Shown piece after piece: positions 47,926-61,900 of a stretch of 64,000 bases of DNA; the first letter of the stretch is position 1; the number at the start of each line of letters is the position of its first letter. The stretch covers positions 4,253 through 68,252 of the IMG/VR virus record IMGVR_UViG_3300028829_003739. One strand, given 5' to 3'. The notes under the pieces are model-generated. The model was not told where the DNA came from. It saw nothing but the letters and a program-made list of their open reading frames with translations, and made no database searches. The stretch comes from a virus. The position numbers and the translations under genes are program-made.

Positions 47926-50900
47926 TGGCAGAAGAACAAGAATCATTAGGTTTTGATTTAGGCGCAGAATTAACTCCTCCTAAAATTTCTACATCTAATC
48001 CTTTAGATGTACCAATACCAGAACCTTCTTATAATAAACAAGTTAAGCAACTAGAACAACTAGATGTTAATTTAAAAAATGAAGAATATCAAAATCTATT
48101 AGATGATGTTGAAACTGGTAATTTACCTAATCCTCAAGTAGAAATTACAGATCCTTTATCTATAGATGCTGCAAGAAAGCAGATACAAAATTCATTTACA
48201 TACGGACCTGAAAATGCTAAAGATCCTTTTGGTTTAGCACAAACATTAGACGGTGATTTTAGAGATCCTAAAAAACAAAATACTTTTTATAAAAGATATA
48301 AAGAGCATGGTGCATATGAAGACTTAGGCTTTTCTCCATATAGAGATAATGAAGAATACTATAATGAAAGAACTAGTACTTTTGGTGATTTTGGAAGAGC
48401 ATCAGGACAATGGTGGGAACTAGCTAAATTAGGTTTTAGTGACATGATAGGTATATCAGATATGGATAATCTAGCAGGAGCACGTAAATATGCAGAAGCA
48501 TCAGCTATAGGTTCATCTACTAAAGATGGATTAGGAGCATTTGGTGTAAACACCTTTTTAAACTCAGGTTATACATTAGGTATCATAGGTGAAATGGTAG
48601 TTGAAGAAGCTGCTCTTTTAGGAGTAGAAGCATTAGCTGCTATGGCAGTTCCTGTTACTCTTGGAGCATCAGCTTCAGTTAATGTTGCAGCAGGAGCAAG
48701 AATGGCATATACTGCACAGAAAGGTACAAGAAGAATAGCAAAAGCATGGAAACAAGCAGCTAAGATGCGTAAAACAATGGACGCTATGCAGGATGCTAAT
48801 AAAGCAAGATCTTTCTTTGGTAAATCAATGCAATTTTTAAACCCATTTGAAAACACAACAGCTTTTATAAAAGGTGTTGGTGATATGGGTGACATAGGTA
48901 AACTTACTAAAACTGTAAGAGGTGCCGGAGGATTCATTAGAGATATGCGAGGTATCAGAGGTACTTACAATGAAGCAATCTTAGAAGCTAACATGGTACA
49001 AGATGATATGCATTCAGCAATGTTAGATGACTTTAGAGCTAAACATGGCAGAGCACCTAATGAAGCAGAAGCTCAGGAAATGTTATCTAGTATTAAAAAA
49101 GCTGGTGCAAGTACTGCAATCTGGAATAGTGCTCTTATTGGGGTTACAAATAAATTTACTTTAGGACCATTACTAAGACCAATGAATAGAGGTATAGGTA
49201 TGGGAATGTTTGACTTAGCAAAAACAGGTAGAAAGTTTGTACAGCAATCTTATAAGAAAGGTACGCCTGAAGCTTATAAGTTGTTATCAAGAAACATGTT
49301 TAAAAGAGGTTATGAGTTAGTAAGAAACCCAAGAGCACTTATTGGCAAGTCTTTACTTTACAGTAGCGACAACTTTGCTGAAGGATTACAAGAAGTAGGA
49401 CAAGAAGCAATCTCAGGTTGGCAAAAAGATTACCATACAGCACAGTTTCAAGGTAACGAAGTTAGGGGAGGTTACTATTCATATTTAGCAGACAACTTAG
49501 TAGAGCAAGTAAGCCCACAAGGTTTTGAAACATTTATGTCTGGTTTCTTAATGCAAAAGTTTGTAGCACCTGTTACATCTGCAGGTAGTGCATTAGCAAG
49601 ACCTGATAATTATTCTTCAACAAAAGATTTTTTTACAAATAGAAATAAGTGGAGAGAAGACAGAGCTGAGAATGATGTAAAAGCACAAGAAATTGTAGAT
49701 AACTTAAATAAGTTTTACAAGAATCCTGAAAACTACTTATCAAAAGATTTAATGAGTGCTGTAAGGCAAGGTGAGTATGCAACTATGATGGCAGACGCTG
49801 AAAAAGACGGTGATGTTAAATCATATTATGATGTAAAGGATTCTCAAATGTTTGACAACATTTTACTTGCAATTCAAACAGGTAGACTAGACTCTATGGT
49901 AGGTCAATTAGAAGGTTTAAAAGATCTTACTAATGAAGAAACTCAACAAGAGTACGGTATGGATCAAAGCACCTTTCATGACATGATTGATAAGTCTGTT
50001 AAGAGAGCTAAACATATAGAAAATAGTTATAATGGGTTACAGAAAAAATTTAATAACCCTGTTAACTTTAAACAATATAAGTATGGTAGTCCTGAAAGAG
50101 CTGAAGCTTTTAAAAATCATCAGGCTTGGGAAGCTGCTTTAGGAGATATAGCATTTAATAGCTACTCTTTTACTAGATCTTTAGAAAGAGCTGAATCTAT
50201 CTTAGGTAAAGTAAGTGAAAGTACTGGTTTTAAAAATACCCCTTTAAATGAAATAACTAGCATATTTAGTGTAGGTGAAGTACAAAAAGAATTACAGTTA
50301 TTATCTGCAGAAATAAGTTCTATTGAACAATCTGGTAAAGTAACTCCAGAACTAGGTAAACAAGTAAAAGAAAAAAAAGATAAACAAAAAAAACTTACAA
50401 CTCTTGTTGCTAGTTTAAAAGCTTTAGAAGACGTTACTGAAAACGAAAATGCTGAAGACGTGTACGAAGTAGCAAAAAAAGCATATGAAGATTATATGAC
50501 TTTTATTGCTAAAAAGAATGGTGATCATGCACATAAAGATAAATTAGAAGAATCTTTTAATGAGTTAATAGATTACTACAAGTTAAAAGGTAGAAGTGAA
50601 TCAATGGTAGAAAGGGTAAACCAAATGCTTGACCCTGAAAACTTTATCAATATTCAAAGAAGACTAAAAGATACGTATGATCAAGCCATGGCTATGAGAT
50701 ATGATGAAATCAAAAAGTCTTACAAAGAATATATGAAAGGTAGCACCTTAGATAATAAACTTTTAAATGCTTTAGCTGACATCGGTGTATTCTTAGACGT
50801 AGAAGAACTTAAGAAATTAAAAGAAGAAGGTATCTTTCCTGATGCATTATATTATACTGATCCGGGACAAGGTGGTGAATATGAAGTTGCAAAAACTTCA

Positions 50901-52946
50901 CCCTTGTATAAAAAAGCAGTAGACGTAATTGGTACATACTACGATATAAAAGGAAACATTAGCTTAAGTGAGTTTAAAGAAAACTATAATATATACAAGT
51001 TAGCTTCTCGTAAAAAGAAAGAAGGTGATAACAGAACTTATGATGATATTGCAGCACAGTATGGTTTTGACCCTAAAGCAGAAACAGCTAAAGTTCCTTT
51101 AACTAAAGTACTACAGTCTATAATAGATAGTGAGTTTTCTGACACTAGAGAAAAAGAATTAGCTAAAATATTATTAGCTAAAGCATCTCCAGAAGAATAT
51201 GTTACATTTTCAAAATCAGCAGGCTTACCTTCTAAATATACTGTAGCAGAACAAAATACGGTTAATGCTAAATTTAGTTCTGATAATTACAAGGAAGGTA
51301 AAATAAACAGCCCTATTGAATATTTTATTCTTAATGGTGAAATACAAAGACGATTAAACATAGCATTAGCAGAAGATAAAGACTTTAGAGCAGAGCTAGA
51401 AGGATTAATGAAAGAAGCTCAAGCTGAGTGGAATAAATTATCTCCTGAAGAAAAAGCTATGTATGGTGGTGAAATGTTTGCATTAGAAAATATTGAATCA
51501 TTTGCAGTAGATGCTATGACAAATAAAAGAGTTCAAGCATTTTTAACTACTGTAAAAACAAATCAGACTTTTGAAAATAGTTTATGGAAAAAGTTTGTTG
51601 ATGCTGTCATTAATAACATGTCTAAAATATTAAATATAGCTGCCGTAAATGGTACTGTACTTAATGCAGCTTTAGATGTAATTACTACTAAGATAGATCC
51701 ATCAGGAACAGCTAAGGCTAAAGAAGCTGCTGAAACTACAGGGACTACTGAAAAAGTCACACGAGATATTTCTATTAATGATTTAAAAATTAATCATCCT
51801 GAACTTCTTAATGATCTTATAGAATCTTTTATAGAGTATAATGATAAACAAGTTGCTTTAGGAGAGGATAGTATAATACCAGAAGGAATTAATAAAGCTG
51901 ATATAGCAGGACTTGAAGTATTTAAAAACTATATTTCTAATAGAGAGTTTACTTCTCCAGAAGAAGTCTTTGAAAAATACAATGAAGAATTAGGTGCGCA
52001 AACAGAAACTAGCACAAATGCTACTTTTACACCTACAACTCCTTACGGTACAGAAACAGGTCCAGAAATGACTACAAGCACAGAATCAGTGAATCAAGGT
52101 TTAACAACAGAAGCTCCTAAATCAAAACCTTCTACAGAAGTTAAATTTGTAGCACCTAAGTCTGGAATTGTAACTAGAGCAGTCAAAACTAAACTAAATG
52201 AACTTGGATACAATGAAGTTGAAATTCAAGGAATGGGTAATGCACAAGCTTACGCTATTGCTAATGAAGGCTTAACAAAAGAACAGAGAGCACAGAATGA
52301 TGCACAAATTGATACAGAAGATAGCGCATTAGAAGAAGAACGTCAAGCAGCAAGAGAAGAGATTGAAAGTATTATCGACAAAGCTAAAAATTACAGTGAG
52401 TATGAAAACATGGTAAAGCAAATTAATGATATTATAGCTGACGCTTCAAATCCTTTGTTTTCATTATCTCAATTAAGTATAGATCAGCTTGATGAATTAA
52501 TGAATATAAAGCGTAAATCATTAGCAGAAGATGTTAATTTTGATGATCTTGTAATCGGTGAAGTTGTAATGATACAACGAACAAGCAAGGCAGGTAAAAA
52601 ATACCTTGTATCTGTTAAAGTTTCTGCAAAAGACTCTGACAGCATTACATTAGAATATTTAAATCCTGATAAGAAAGGAAAAATAAATAGCTTTAAAGTT
52701 ATGAAAGATAAAATCAATACCGAGATTAAATATAAATATTCAGAAGCACTTGAAAATTCTGATTTAGATAATGCTGATGATGCAGTATCAGAAGAAGAAG
52801 TAGAAAATGCAAAAGAAACTATTGATAAGTTAGAAGATCTTGAAGATAGTGATACAGTAAATCAAGATAGAGAAGACTCTAAAAACAAGACGCAAGAAGA
52901 AATAGATGCTGCGTTTATTGAAGAAATTAATAATAACTGTGAATAA
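47925..52946 (+). CDS. Large virion cargo protein with hydrophobic helices (DNA-delivery channel candidate)
   Basis: 1673 aa with hydrophobic Gly/Ala segments, an EGLQE..QE motif, coiled coils and a degenerate zincin-like region. Confidence 0.6.
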   Translation: MAEEQESLGFDLGAELTPPKISTSNPLDVPIPEPSYNKQVKQLEQLDVNLKNEEYQNLLDDVETGNLPNPQVEITDPLSIDAARKQIQNSFTYGPENAKDPFGLAQTLDGDFRDPKKQNTFYKRYKEHGAYEDLGFSPYRDNEEYYNERTSTFGDFGRASGQWWELAKLGFSDMIGISDMDNLAGARKYAEASAIGSSTKDGLGAFGVNTFLNSGYTLGIIGEMVVEEAALLGVEALAAMAVPVTLGASASVNVAAGARMAYTAQKGTRRIAKAWKQAAKMRKTMDAMQDANKARSFFGKSMQFLNPFENTTAFIKGVGDMGDIGKLTKTVRGAGGFIRDMRGIRGTYNEAILEANMVQDDMHSAMLDDFRAKHGRAPNEAEAQEMLSSIKKAGASTAIWNSALIGVTNKFTLGPLLRPMNRGIGMGMFDLAKTGRKFVQQSYKKGTPEAYKLLSRNMFKRGYELVRNPRALIGKSLLYSSDNFAEGLQEVGQEAISGWQKDYHTAQFQGNEVRGGYYSYLADNLVEQVSPQGFETFMSGFLMQKFVAPVTSAGSALARPDNYSSTKDFFTNRNKWREDRAENDVKAQEIVDNLNKFYKNPENYLSKDLMSAVRQGEYATMMADAEKDGDVKSYYDVKDSQMFDNILLAIQTGRLDSMVGQLEGLKDLTNEETQQEYGMDQSTFHDMIDKSVKRAKHIENSYNGLQKKFNNPVNFKQYKYGSPERAEAFKNHQAWEAALGDIAFNSYSFTRSLERAESILGKVSESTGFKNTPLNEITSIFSVGEVQKELQLLSAEISSIEQSGKVTPELGKQVKEKKDKQKKLTTLVASLKALEDVTENENAEDVYEVAKKAYEDYMTFIAKKNGDHAHKDKLEESFNELIDYYKLKGRSESMVERVNQMLDPENFINIQRRLKDTYDQAMAMRYDEIKKSYKEYMKGSTLDNKLLNALADIGVFLDVEELKKLKEEGIFPDALYYTDPGQGGEYEVAKTSPLYKKAVDVIGTYYDIKGNISLSEFKENYNIYKLASRKKKEGDNRTYDDIAAQYGFDPKAETAKVPLTKVLQSIIDSEFSDTREKELAKILLAKASPEEYVTFSKSAGLPSKYTVAEQNTVNAKFSSDNYKEGKINSPIEYFILNGEIQRRLNIALAEDKDFRAELEGLMKEAQAEWNKLSPEEKAMYGGEMFALENIESFAVDAMTNKRVQAFLTTVKTNQTFENSLWKKFVDAVINNMSKILNIAAVNGTVLNAALDVITTKIDPSGTAKAKEAAETTGTTEKVTRDISINDLKINHPELLNDLIESFIEYNDKQVALGEDSIIPEGINKADIAGLEVFKNYISNREFTSPEEVFEKYNEELGAQTETSTNATFTPTTPYGTETGPEMTTSTESVNQGLTTEAPKSKPSTEVKFVAPKSGIVTRAVKTKLNELGYNEVEIQGMGNAQAYAIANEGLTKEQRAQNDAQIDTEDSALEEERQAAREEIESIIDKAKNYSEYENMVKQINDIIADASNPLFSLSQLSIDQLDELMNIKRKSLAEDVNFDDLVIGEVVMIQRTSKAGKKYLVSVKVSAKDSDSITLEYLNPDKKGKINSFKVMKDKINTEIKYKYSEALENSDLDNADDAVSEEEVENAKETIDKLEDLEDSDTVNQDREDSKNKTQEEIDAAFIEEINNNCE

Positions 52947-55900
52947 TGGCAAGTTGTAGTGTAAATCCAAAAGTACTAAGAGCTTTAAGAGTAAAGGTTT
53001 TTAGTGAGATAGATAGTAAAGTAGCAGCTAAAGAATCATTTGATATTAATTCATACATGAAAGACATGTATGATTTTATATTTAATGCAAGCAATGACAA
53101 AGCATTAGCACTTGATGCCGTAAGGATGGTGCCTTTATTTGTTGTTCAGCTAGCATCATTAGACAGAACAGTAAGAAAATTAGATGGTGTTGATTTAACA
53201 AAATTAGCAGACATGACTGATGACTTACTTGATAATGAGTTATCAGCTACTGAAAAAATTCTAGGATTAGCACAAGGAGAAGAAGTTAAAAAAAAATTAA
53301 AACATCTTAATCAAGATAATTCTGTAGAACCTGCTAAAGTAAAATCTAAAAAAGAAGTAAATCCAGACTTTAAAGGTAAAATTGTTTACATAACAATGGG
53401 ATCTGGTAAATCTGAATTTGCAGAAAACTATGAAGGTGTTATTGACGCAGATAGAATTAAAGTGCGTGTAATAGGAAGAACTGAATGGGGAATAAATAAT
53501 CCTAAGAAAGATCAAGAAACTGATGCTGAATACATTGGTAGATATTCTTATGACCCTTCAGTATTAAGCACTGCAGAAGTAAATAAACAAACTTTAGATT
53601 TATTAAAAGAATATGCTAATAGAGGTTTTACTGTATTAACAGGTACTAAAAAACTTATACCTGAAGCTGATATAGTTATTATTACATCTCAAGGTGTCGC
53701 TAATAGAATAGAAGACCCTGTACAACAAGCTGCTTTTAAACAAGATGAAGCTAGATATACATCTAGTAAAAAGAACGTTATCTATTCTGATAAGTTTGCA
53801 GAAGATATTCTTTTTAAATCTTTGCCTGTAGAAGAGGTTGCAGAAGAAGTAGTAGATGATATCACTACACCTGCAGCACCTAAACAAACTATAGCTGGTA
53901 TTAGACCTGTACAAAGTATATCTTTAAAAGAAGCTAATGAAGAAAGTATATCTGCTATACCAGGTACATTTAGATCTACAAACCCTATTGAATCTCCAGG
54001 TAATGACTTTAGCTTTAAAGTACAACGTAAACTACTTACGTTGCTAGAAGAGCAAGGTGTATCTGATATGTCAGAGGTTGAAAGCGAAATGGAAAAAGGA
54101 TTTTACATTTCAATTAAAAGATCTAAAGATGTAAGTTCTGATATAAACTCTGATACAACACCTTTTGTATATGTTATTACTGATAAAAACGGTGCAATTA
54201 CAGAATTTAATGATGATTTAACTCCTGTTATTATAGGGGGTAAACCTGCATATTTTAATATTCAAAAGTATGACGGTAAAAATTCTAAAGGTCAGTTATC
54301 AAAAAGAGATAGCACATTTGTAAGCAAGCTTTTAAAAAACTTAATGTCCTTAACAGGAATGTCAGCAACCGCAGCTAAAGAAGTTAGAGGTCCAGAAGCA
54401 GCTGAAATGCAAAAGGTATTAGACTATATTAAAGCTAATCCTAATGCAAACATAGTTTATAATATTACAGGTGGTTCTAAAGGCATTATAGTTGCATCTA
54501 CAGAAAAAAAACAGAGAACATCTCCTAGTCAATTTAAAAATGTTACTGGAGAGAAGTTTGCAATAGGTCAAATTTTAAAGCCATCACAAATATTAGATCA
54601 AAAAGATCCTGTTAAAAATGTTGTTTATTATACTAATGATCAATTAGGCGGTGTCTATATTGAATTAAAGAGAGAACCATATAGAGAAATAAATAATGGA
54701 GTTTCTATACGAAGCACAATTGATTTAATTGTAGAAGATATTTACGATGAGAAAGGTAAGTTATTAAACGGATATGATAAAATAGCAGAGTTACAAAAAA
54801 CTCTTAATGTAAATAACGTTAACGGTATTAAAATTACAGTAGATAGAGATACTAAAGAATTTACTCTTTCATTAAATGATTGGAGTGATCAAAACTTTGG
54901 AGTTACAACTGTCTTTGATTTATCAAATGATGACGGTAAAATGCAAGCAAGAATAGCTCTTCAGAACTATCTAGAAGCAAACGTTTACAAAAAGAATTAT
55001 CCTGTTTCAGAAGCAAACTTTAACAACAAGGCTTATGAAGAAAATAAAAACTTATACCGTGTTGAACTAAATGAAGAAACTGGTAGACGAGTATTACTAG
55101 ATAGCGGTGTATCTTATATAGACTATTTAAAAAACAATATGTCTTTGACTGCTGTTCCAAATACAGAGTCAGGGAATATCGTAACAAGTAATTCATTCTT
55201 TACTCTACAATTATCAGATGATTCTATAACAGAAGTATTTGAAGAAAAGAAAAAAGAGCAAGAGAAAGAAGAAGCAGTTGTTGAAATTAAAAAAGAAATA
55301 GATACAACAACTCAAGAGCCATCTAATGATGTGTCAGATGACGAATTATTTAGAACATTAGATGTAAGAAATAGAAGTAAGCAAGCAACACAAAAACAAA
55401 TAGAAGACGCTGAAGCTTGGTATAACCAAAGTGAATTAAGTAAGTACATTCCTTTTAAAGGTATGTTTGATCTTGTAAATAGTAAGAATCCTGATGCTGT
55501 TGCATCATGGGCTACAAGTGGTATTACTTTATTTAAAGGTTCTGACTTCTCTGATTTATATCATGAAGCTTGGCATGGATTTACACAAACGTTTATGACT
55601 AAGGATCAAAAGAAATCTTTGTATTCTGAAGTACGTAAAAAGAGTGGTAATTTTATGGACCATAATGGTAACAGAGTAAGATTTACAAAAGCTACAGATT
55701 TACAAATAGAAGAGTATTTAGCAGAGTCATTTAGAAATTACATGTTATCTGATCAAAAAGCTTTAAAAGGATCTCCTAAACAAAACTCTTTTTTCAGAAA
55801 GATCTATAACATTTTAAAATCTTTATTTTCTGATTCTTCATATAAAGATGTTGTTACTGATGAGTCAGTTGACTACAAAGTAAATGAGTTATTTAACAAA

Positions 55901-58900
55901 CTAAGAGTTGGTGATATAAAAGAGTATAGCTTCTCTTTACAAAATGCATCTTTTAACTCATTAAACAAAGGTCCTAAAGCTATTGAAACAAGGACTGATG
56001 GTATTACTGAACTTAACTTTCAAGATGCCTTAGATGGTGTAAACATGATAGATTACTTTATATCAGAGTTTATCACATTTGAAAACGCAGCTCTTAATCC
56101 AGAACAAAGAGAAGAATATATTAAGCATGCTAAAGTATCTAAAGAAGATATTAATAACATGACTAAAGCAGAAAAGCTAGCATACAAAAATATGTCTGAT
56201 AGCTTTATGCCTACAAAATATTCTGGTTTAAGTAAAGTATTAAAAGATCCTACTGCAGCATATAAACATGCTAAAAGCAGATTAGAAGATGTATTAGTAG
56301 AACTTAATGATCAAAAGAAAGCTGCTACTGATCCTGGACAGATTGCTTCTTTGCAAAATAAGATGCAAACTATAGAATGGATGATATCTGAGTTTGGTAA
56401 TACTGACAATATTAAAAGAAATCTTACAGAGTCTAATGAAGATGTAAAAGGTATGATTGGGTATCATATGAAGCATACCAAGTTTTATCAAGAACAACTA
56501 GAAGAAATTGACTTTGAAAATGTAAACGAAGATGACATTACAGCTAATTCACAAAGATCTGGTATTGATAGAAAAGGTAATGAATCTTCTCATGTAGATG
56601 ATGCTAAACCTGAAGTATTATATTTATTTCAATCTATTGTTGATAGAAGTAAGCTTAACAAATACGGTATACCTGTAAAAGCAAGCTGGCGTGAAAACTT
56701 TGTAAAAGTGATTAGAGCTACTGAGAATGCACAAACATTACAAGAATGGGCACCTAAGTTTCTTGAACTAGCTAAAAAGGATCCTCAAATTAGACAAATT
56801 ATTGAAAAAATTGGTAGTCCTTTAAGTACAAATGCTAATACTCCTGAAACAAACATGTGGACAAACATTTGGCAAACATTTAATAAAAGTAGAGTTGGTT
56901 TTATACAAGCAACAACTACTACATCTATTAATGAAGAAGGAGATCTTGTTGTAAATACTAATGTTGGTCAAGCATTAACAGATGAAGGTAAGCTATCAAG
57001 AAATTGGGATACTTTATTTCAAAGTGGTAATTCTATAGATCAAACATACGTTTTATACGATGATCAAGGAGCATATGTAAATATGCCTAAAGTATTAAAA
57101 GCATTTCCTAATCTTAATTCAGCTAAAGAAAATTCATTTGAATTCTTTAGAGCATTGGGTATGAGCTTATCTGACATACCAGAAATAAAAACCGCACTTA
57201 AAAAAGGTGACTATAGAGTAGATAAATATTACGAATACATAACTGATGCAAAGAATCAAAAATATAAAGTCAGAAAACCTTCAGATATAACTTTTGATTT
57301 ATCAAAGATTTATAAAAAGCTTTTAAACTTAGAAGGAGAATACTCTAACTTGTTTACAAACTTTGCAAGGTTAAATGCTGAAAACAATGTTCAATATGAA
57401 CATTCATTAAATAACTTTTTAACTACAGTTACAAATGCTATAAACAACGTAAACTCATATGATGAGTTAATAGCTTTACCTTATATGGAAAGGTATAACG
57501 TTGATACAAATCCTTTTATTAAAAACTCAGTATGGTTTAACTCCATCTTTGATATGAATAATGGAGGAATAAAAAGGCAGGACGTAAGTTTAGAGTTATA
57601 CAATATAGCTGGTAGTAAAGTAATAGAAGAAGGAGTTGCTTCTGCAAAAGCTGATGAGTCAACTAAGTTTAATTTAGATGTTAATTTAATTTTATCAGGT
57701 TATCCTGAATTACCAAGACACTCTGATAAAAGTACTTCTTACGGTATTAGAATTAACGGAAAACTATACGGAGGACAAACAGCTGCTGATACCTATGTAT
57801 CTATAAATGATATTGCTCAAGGTGATACTCAAATGTATAGTAAGCTTAACGAAAGAATATTACCTATACTAGAAGCAGAGTTATCTAGAATTAGAACTTT
57901 AAATAGTTATTCTGATGATATTATGTATGATCACTCTTATGTTAAGGATGGTCAAGAAATTCAAATTTTTGATGATATCTTAAGTGAATCAACTGTTAAG
58001 AAATTAAAAGCTTTAGCTATATCAAAAGAAGGTTATAAAACAGCATTAGATACTAATCAAGATAATATTGTTGATACTATACAAGAAGAAGTACAGGAAT
58101 ATTTTGAATGGCTAATAAATAAAGATGGTAAAACACCTATGAATGAAATAGGTATATTATCTGATAACTTAAGAAAAACTATTTTAAGTAAACTTATTGC
58201 TAATAAACAACCTACAGATAGACAAAGTATTTTAGATGTTGCTTCTAAAGGATATGTAATCAACGGCTGGTTAAACAATGTAGAATCTACTATGTTTTTA
58301 TATGGAGATCCTGCACAATATGATCATGCAAAACAAGGTTTTCATAAACGTAATGCTGGAACAGGATCTACTGGTACAATATACCGTACTGATGATATTA
58401 TAGCAGGTGTAATAGATAAATTAAATGGTATAAGAAGTTATGCTAAAACAATAGGTGCTGAACCAAATAAATTTACAGGTTCAATGAATACAGCTGTTGT
58501 AGAAGATAATGAAATAGCATCTATATACTATAAAGAGCTTGTAAAATCATTAGGTAGCGAAGAAAAAGCTGCAGATTATTTAAAGCAAAATGAAGGAGAT
58601 GCTCAAGGTCTTATTACTATTGATGCATATAGAGAGTTAAAAGTTTCTCAAGGTACTTGGACTAATGATCATCAGCTTATGTACTCAAAAGTAATCGAAG
58701 GAAAAAGTATTGCAGCTGAAGATGTAGAATCTTTCTTTCCTGTTATCAAAGGACAGTACTGGGGGCAAATAGCTACAGATGGTAAGTTACCATTAAATGC
58801 ATTCCATAAATACTCATTGTACCCATTAATTCCTACAGTAATTAAAGGAACTAATGCTCAAATAGTACATGACAGAATGGTTAGAGAAGGTATATCTTAT

Positions 58901-61900
58901 TTAACATTTGAATCAGGATCTAAAGTAGGTAACATCACAACTAAATCTGGCTTTGATAAATTATATAATGACAAGCAAAATAAATCTTTAGTTGAAGAAA
59001 TTAAAAGTAAAGATGTATCTACACCTTATTTTACTAAAAACACTATAAGACTAGAGTACCTAAAAGATCAATTATATATTGCTGATACAGATAAGAATAA
59101 AGTAATCTTCTCTACACAATTAAGAAAATTAGTAGAAGACGGATTATTTGTAAACGGTGTACCAAAGTCATTTGAAGAGGGAATGATTAACACAAACCCT
59201 GAAGAAAGAGTAAGAAAGTGGAGAGCTACTAAAGACAAGACTAAGTATCTTGAATATAAGTTAGCAAAAGAATATGAAGAGTTAATTGATAAGTTATCTA
59301 ACTTAAATAAGGCAAAATTATTTAAACAGATAGGTTATTCTGGTACAGGAGAATTAACACTAGCTTCTAGAAAAGCTCTTGTCAAATTAGCTAAGAATGA
59401 ATTAGAAAGAAAAGATGTAGGGTTTCATAGAATTGAAGCTTTAAATAATTCTAACTCTGATCTATCAACAACACTGGATGCAGAAACAATTGATAAGGTT
59501 ATTAATTCATTAATAGAAAAACGATTAGTAAAACAAAAAGTAACTGGTGAATCCTTAGTACAAGTAGCAACTACACTAATGGAAAAATCAGATTCAGCTA
59601 CTGACATTAATTTTAAAACCCCTACAGCAGAAGACTTTGAAAAGTATGATGCTAAGAACTTGCCTTTCTATATACCAACTCCTGAAGGAACAAAAGCAAT
59701 GAAAGTTAAAGTTGCTTTACGTAGAGATTTTCAAAACTTACTTGAGTTTAAAGATTTAGATGGTAATAAAATTAGAAATATAGATAGACTCAATGAGCTG
59801 ATTAAGAATGATAAATGGCTCAACAAAGATAATAACCGTGCTGCAATAACTATGATTGGTGTAAGAATTCCTGTACAGGGTATGAACTCTATGGAGGTTA
59901 TGGAAGTATATGAATTCTTACCAGAAGAAGCAGGTAACGTTATAATACCTCCTACAGAAATCGTAACTAAATCAGGAGCTGATTTTGACGTTGATAAAAT
60001 GACAATCATGATGCCGAGTATTGGTCTTGATGTACAACGTGCTAAACTTAGTGATAGTTTTATTAAACAGTTAGATAATGTATATCCTGACTTAGATTTT
60101 AGCAGAATGAATCTTGACATTATATTTGATACTGTTAAGAATGATGGTGAAGTATCAGCTTTATCTGTAGAAGATAAAGAAATATTAGATATCATAGAAA
60201 GCTATACTACTGTTGATGGTTTTTACAATACTGGTAATACTATACCAGGTGTACAAAATGATTTGATTAGTAAAATGCAAGAGATAATATCTTTACCACA
60301 AAACTATGAATCATTAGTTACTCCAAACAGTACTAACATTTTTACAGAAGCTCAGGATGGTTTAGATAAATCATTAGTAGAAGAAGCAGCAATGTATAAT
60401 CTTACTGGATATGATGTTAACGACTCATTTAGAGATAAGAAAAGAAAGCGTCCTTCAAGTGGTAGAAGTATGATGTCACCTACAAAGATATTTGAACCTG
60501 GTTATAATATGGCTAAGCATCAATATAATAAAGTAGGTAAAGAAGTATTAGGTTTAGGTGCAGTTGATAATACATATAATGTATTACTTAACAGAATCGG
60601 TTTAGTAATGACTCCGCAAAATATGTCTGATGCTTTAATGGCTGATATAGCATCTGAAATATCAGCATTAGAAAGTAAAAAAAGAAAATCAGCTGTAGAT
60701 TATCTTGAGCTTAGGGATTTAAGAAAAGAACAAGCTCAGTTTAGAAAACATAGATTACTTCTTAGTCATAATAAAGTAGGTGAAGGTATTAGTTTATCAT
60801 CTGAATTTAGTAAAGGAACAGATACAAAAATATCTGATGTAATTAACCAATTAATTAACGGATGGGTAGATGTTGCTGCTGATGCATGGATATTTGATAT
60901 TCAAGGTAATAAAGAATTATCACCAGCTTTACTATTTATGGTACAAGCAGGAGTTCCTGTAAGAGAAGCTGTACTATTTATCTCTAACCCGCTTATTCAA
61001 AAGTATGCTATAAAAGCTAGACAGTATTCTAGTCCACAAACTTTGACAAATCAAAGTGAAATGCAAAACTTTAATAAAACTAGATTTAGATCTTTAGCAG
61101 CTAAGTCAATAATGGGTGAAATCGGATTTGACATAGATGTTGACAGTCCAGCGTATGAAGTTACAGCTGTTAGAGAAGATAAAATGAAAACTAGAAGTAA
61201 AAACTTTACTATAGAAAGCATGAAAAGTGACTTAGAAAGATATAAAAACTCTAAGGACAAATCTTCTTATAAATATAGTGATAATGAAATAGCAGGATTC
61301 TTACACTTCTTACAAATACAAGAGATGTCTAATCATGTTCGTGATATCAAAATGTCTACAAACGTTGATACATCAAAAGATGGTACTAGTGTAGAGGCAA
61401 GAGCAAGATTAGCTAAGCTTAATAATTTAGCTGAAAACGTATTTGAACAGGATGTTGTAAATCAATTTCAAAGAGAAACACCTATTGGTGCATTCTTTAA
61501 TTCTGAATTACAAATTAATCTTCTAGAAGGTTTATTACCATTCAGAAATGATAGAGCAATATATAGTTCTATTCAAGGAGTTATTGATTCTGATGAGATG
61601 AAAGCAGTAAATGCTGACAGAAATAAAAGAATTAGAATTTTACTTAATGATTTTAATAATTACGTTTTTCAAAATGAATTAAGATATTTTGATGCAGATA
61701 ATATAAAATCATATAGAGGATATAAGATAAGTAAGTCTGTTCCTAAAGATGTAAAAGAAACACCTGGTTTTGAATATGGGTTATTAATTAAGGACGGTAC
61801 AATATATTTGAATATTCCTGCACTAAAAAAACAGTATGCAACTGCTGAATATAATAGTAATAAATATAATAGTAAGTATGGTTTAGCAAAAATTCAAAAT

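Noticed and set aside
2350-52717. Short minus-strand or alternate-frame ORFs nested in long genes (e.g. 2350, 7893, 8012, 14009, 48569)
   Set aside because: They overlap well-supported genes completely and carry no recognisable motifs.
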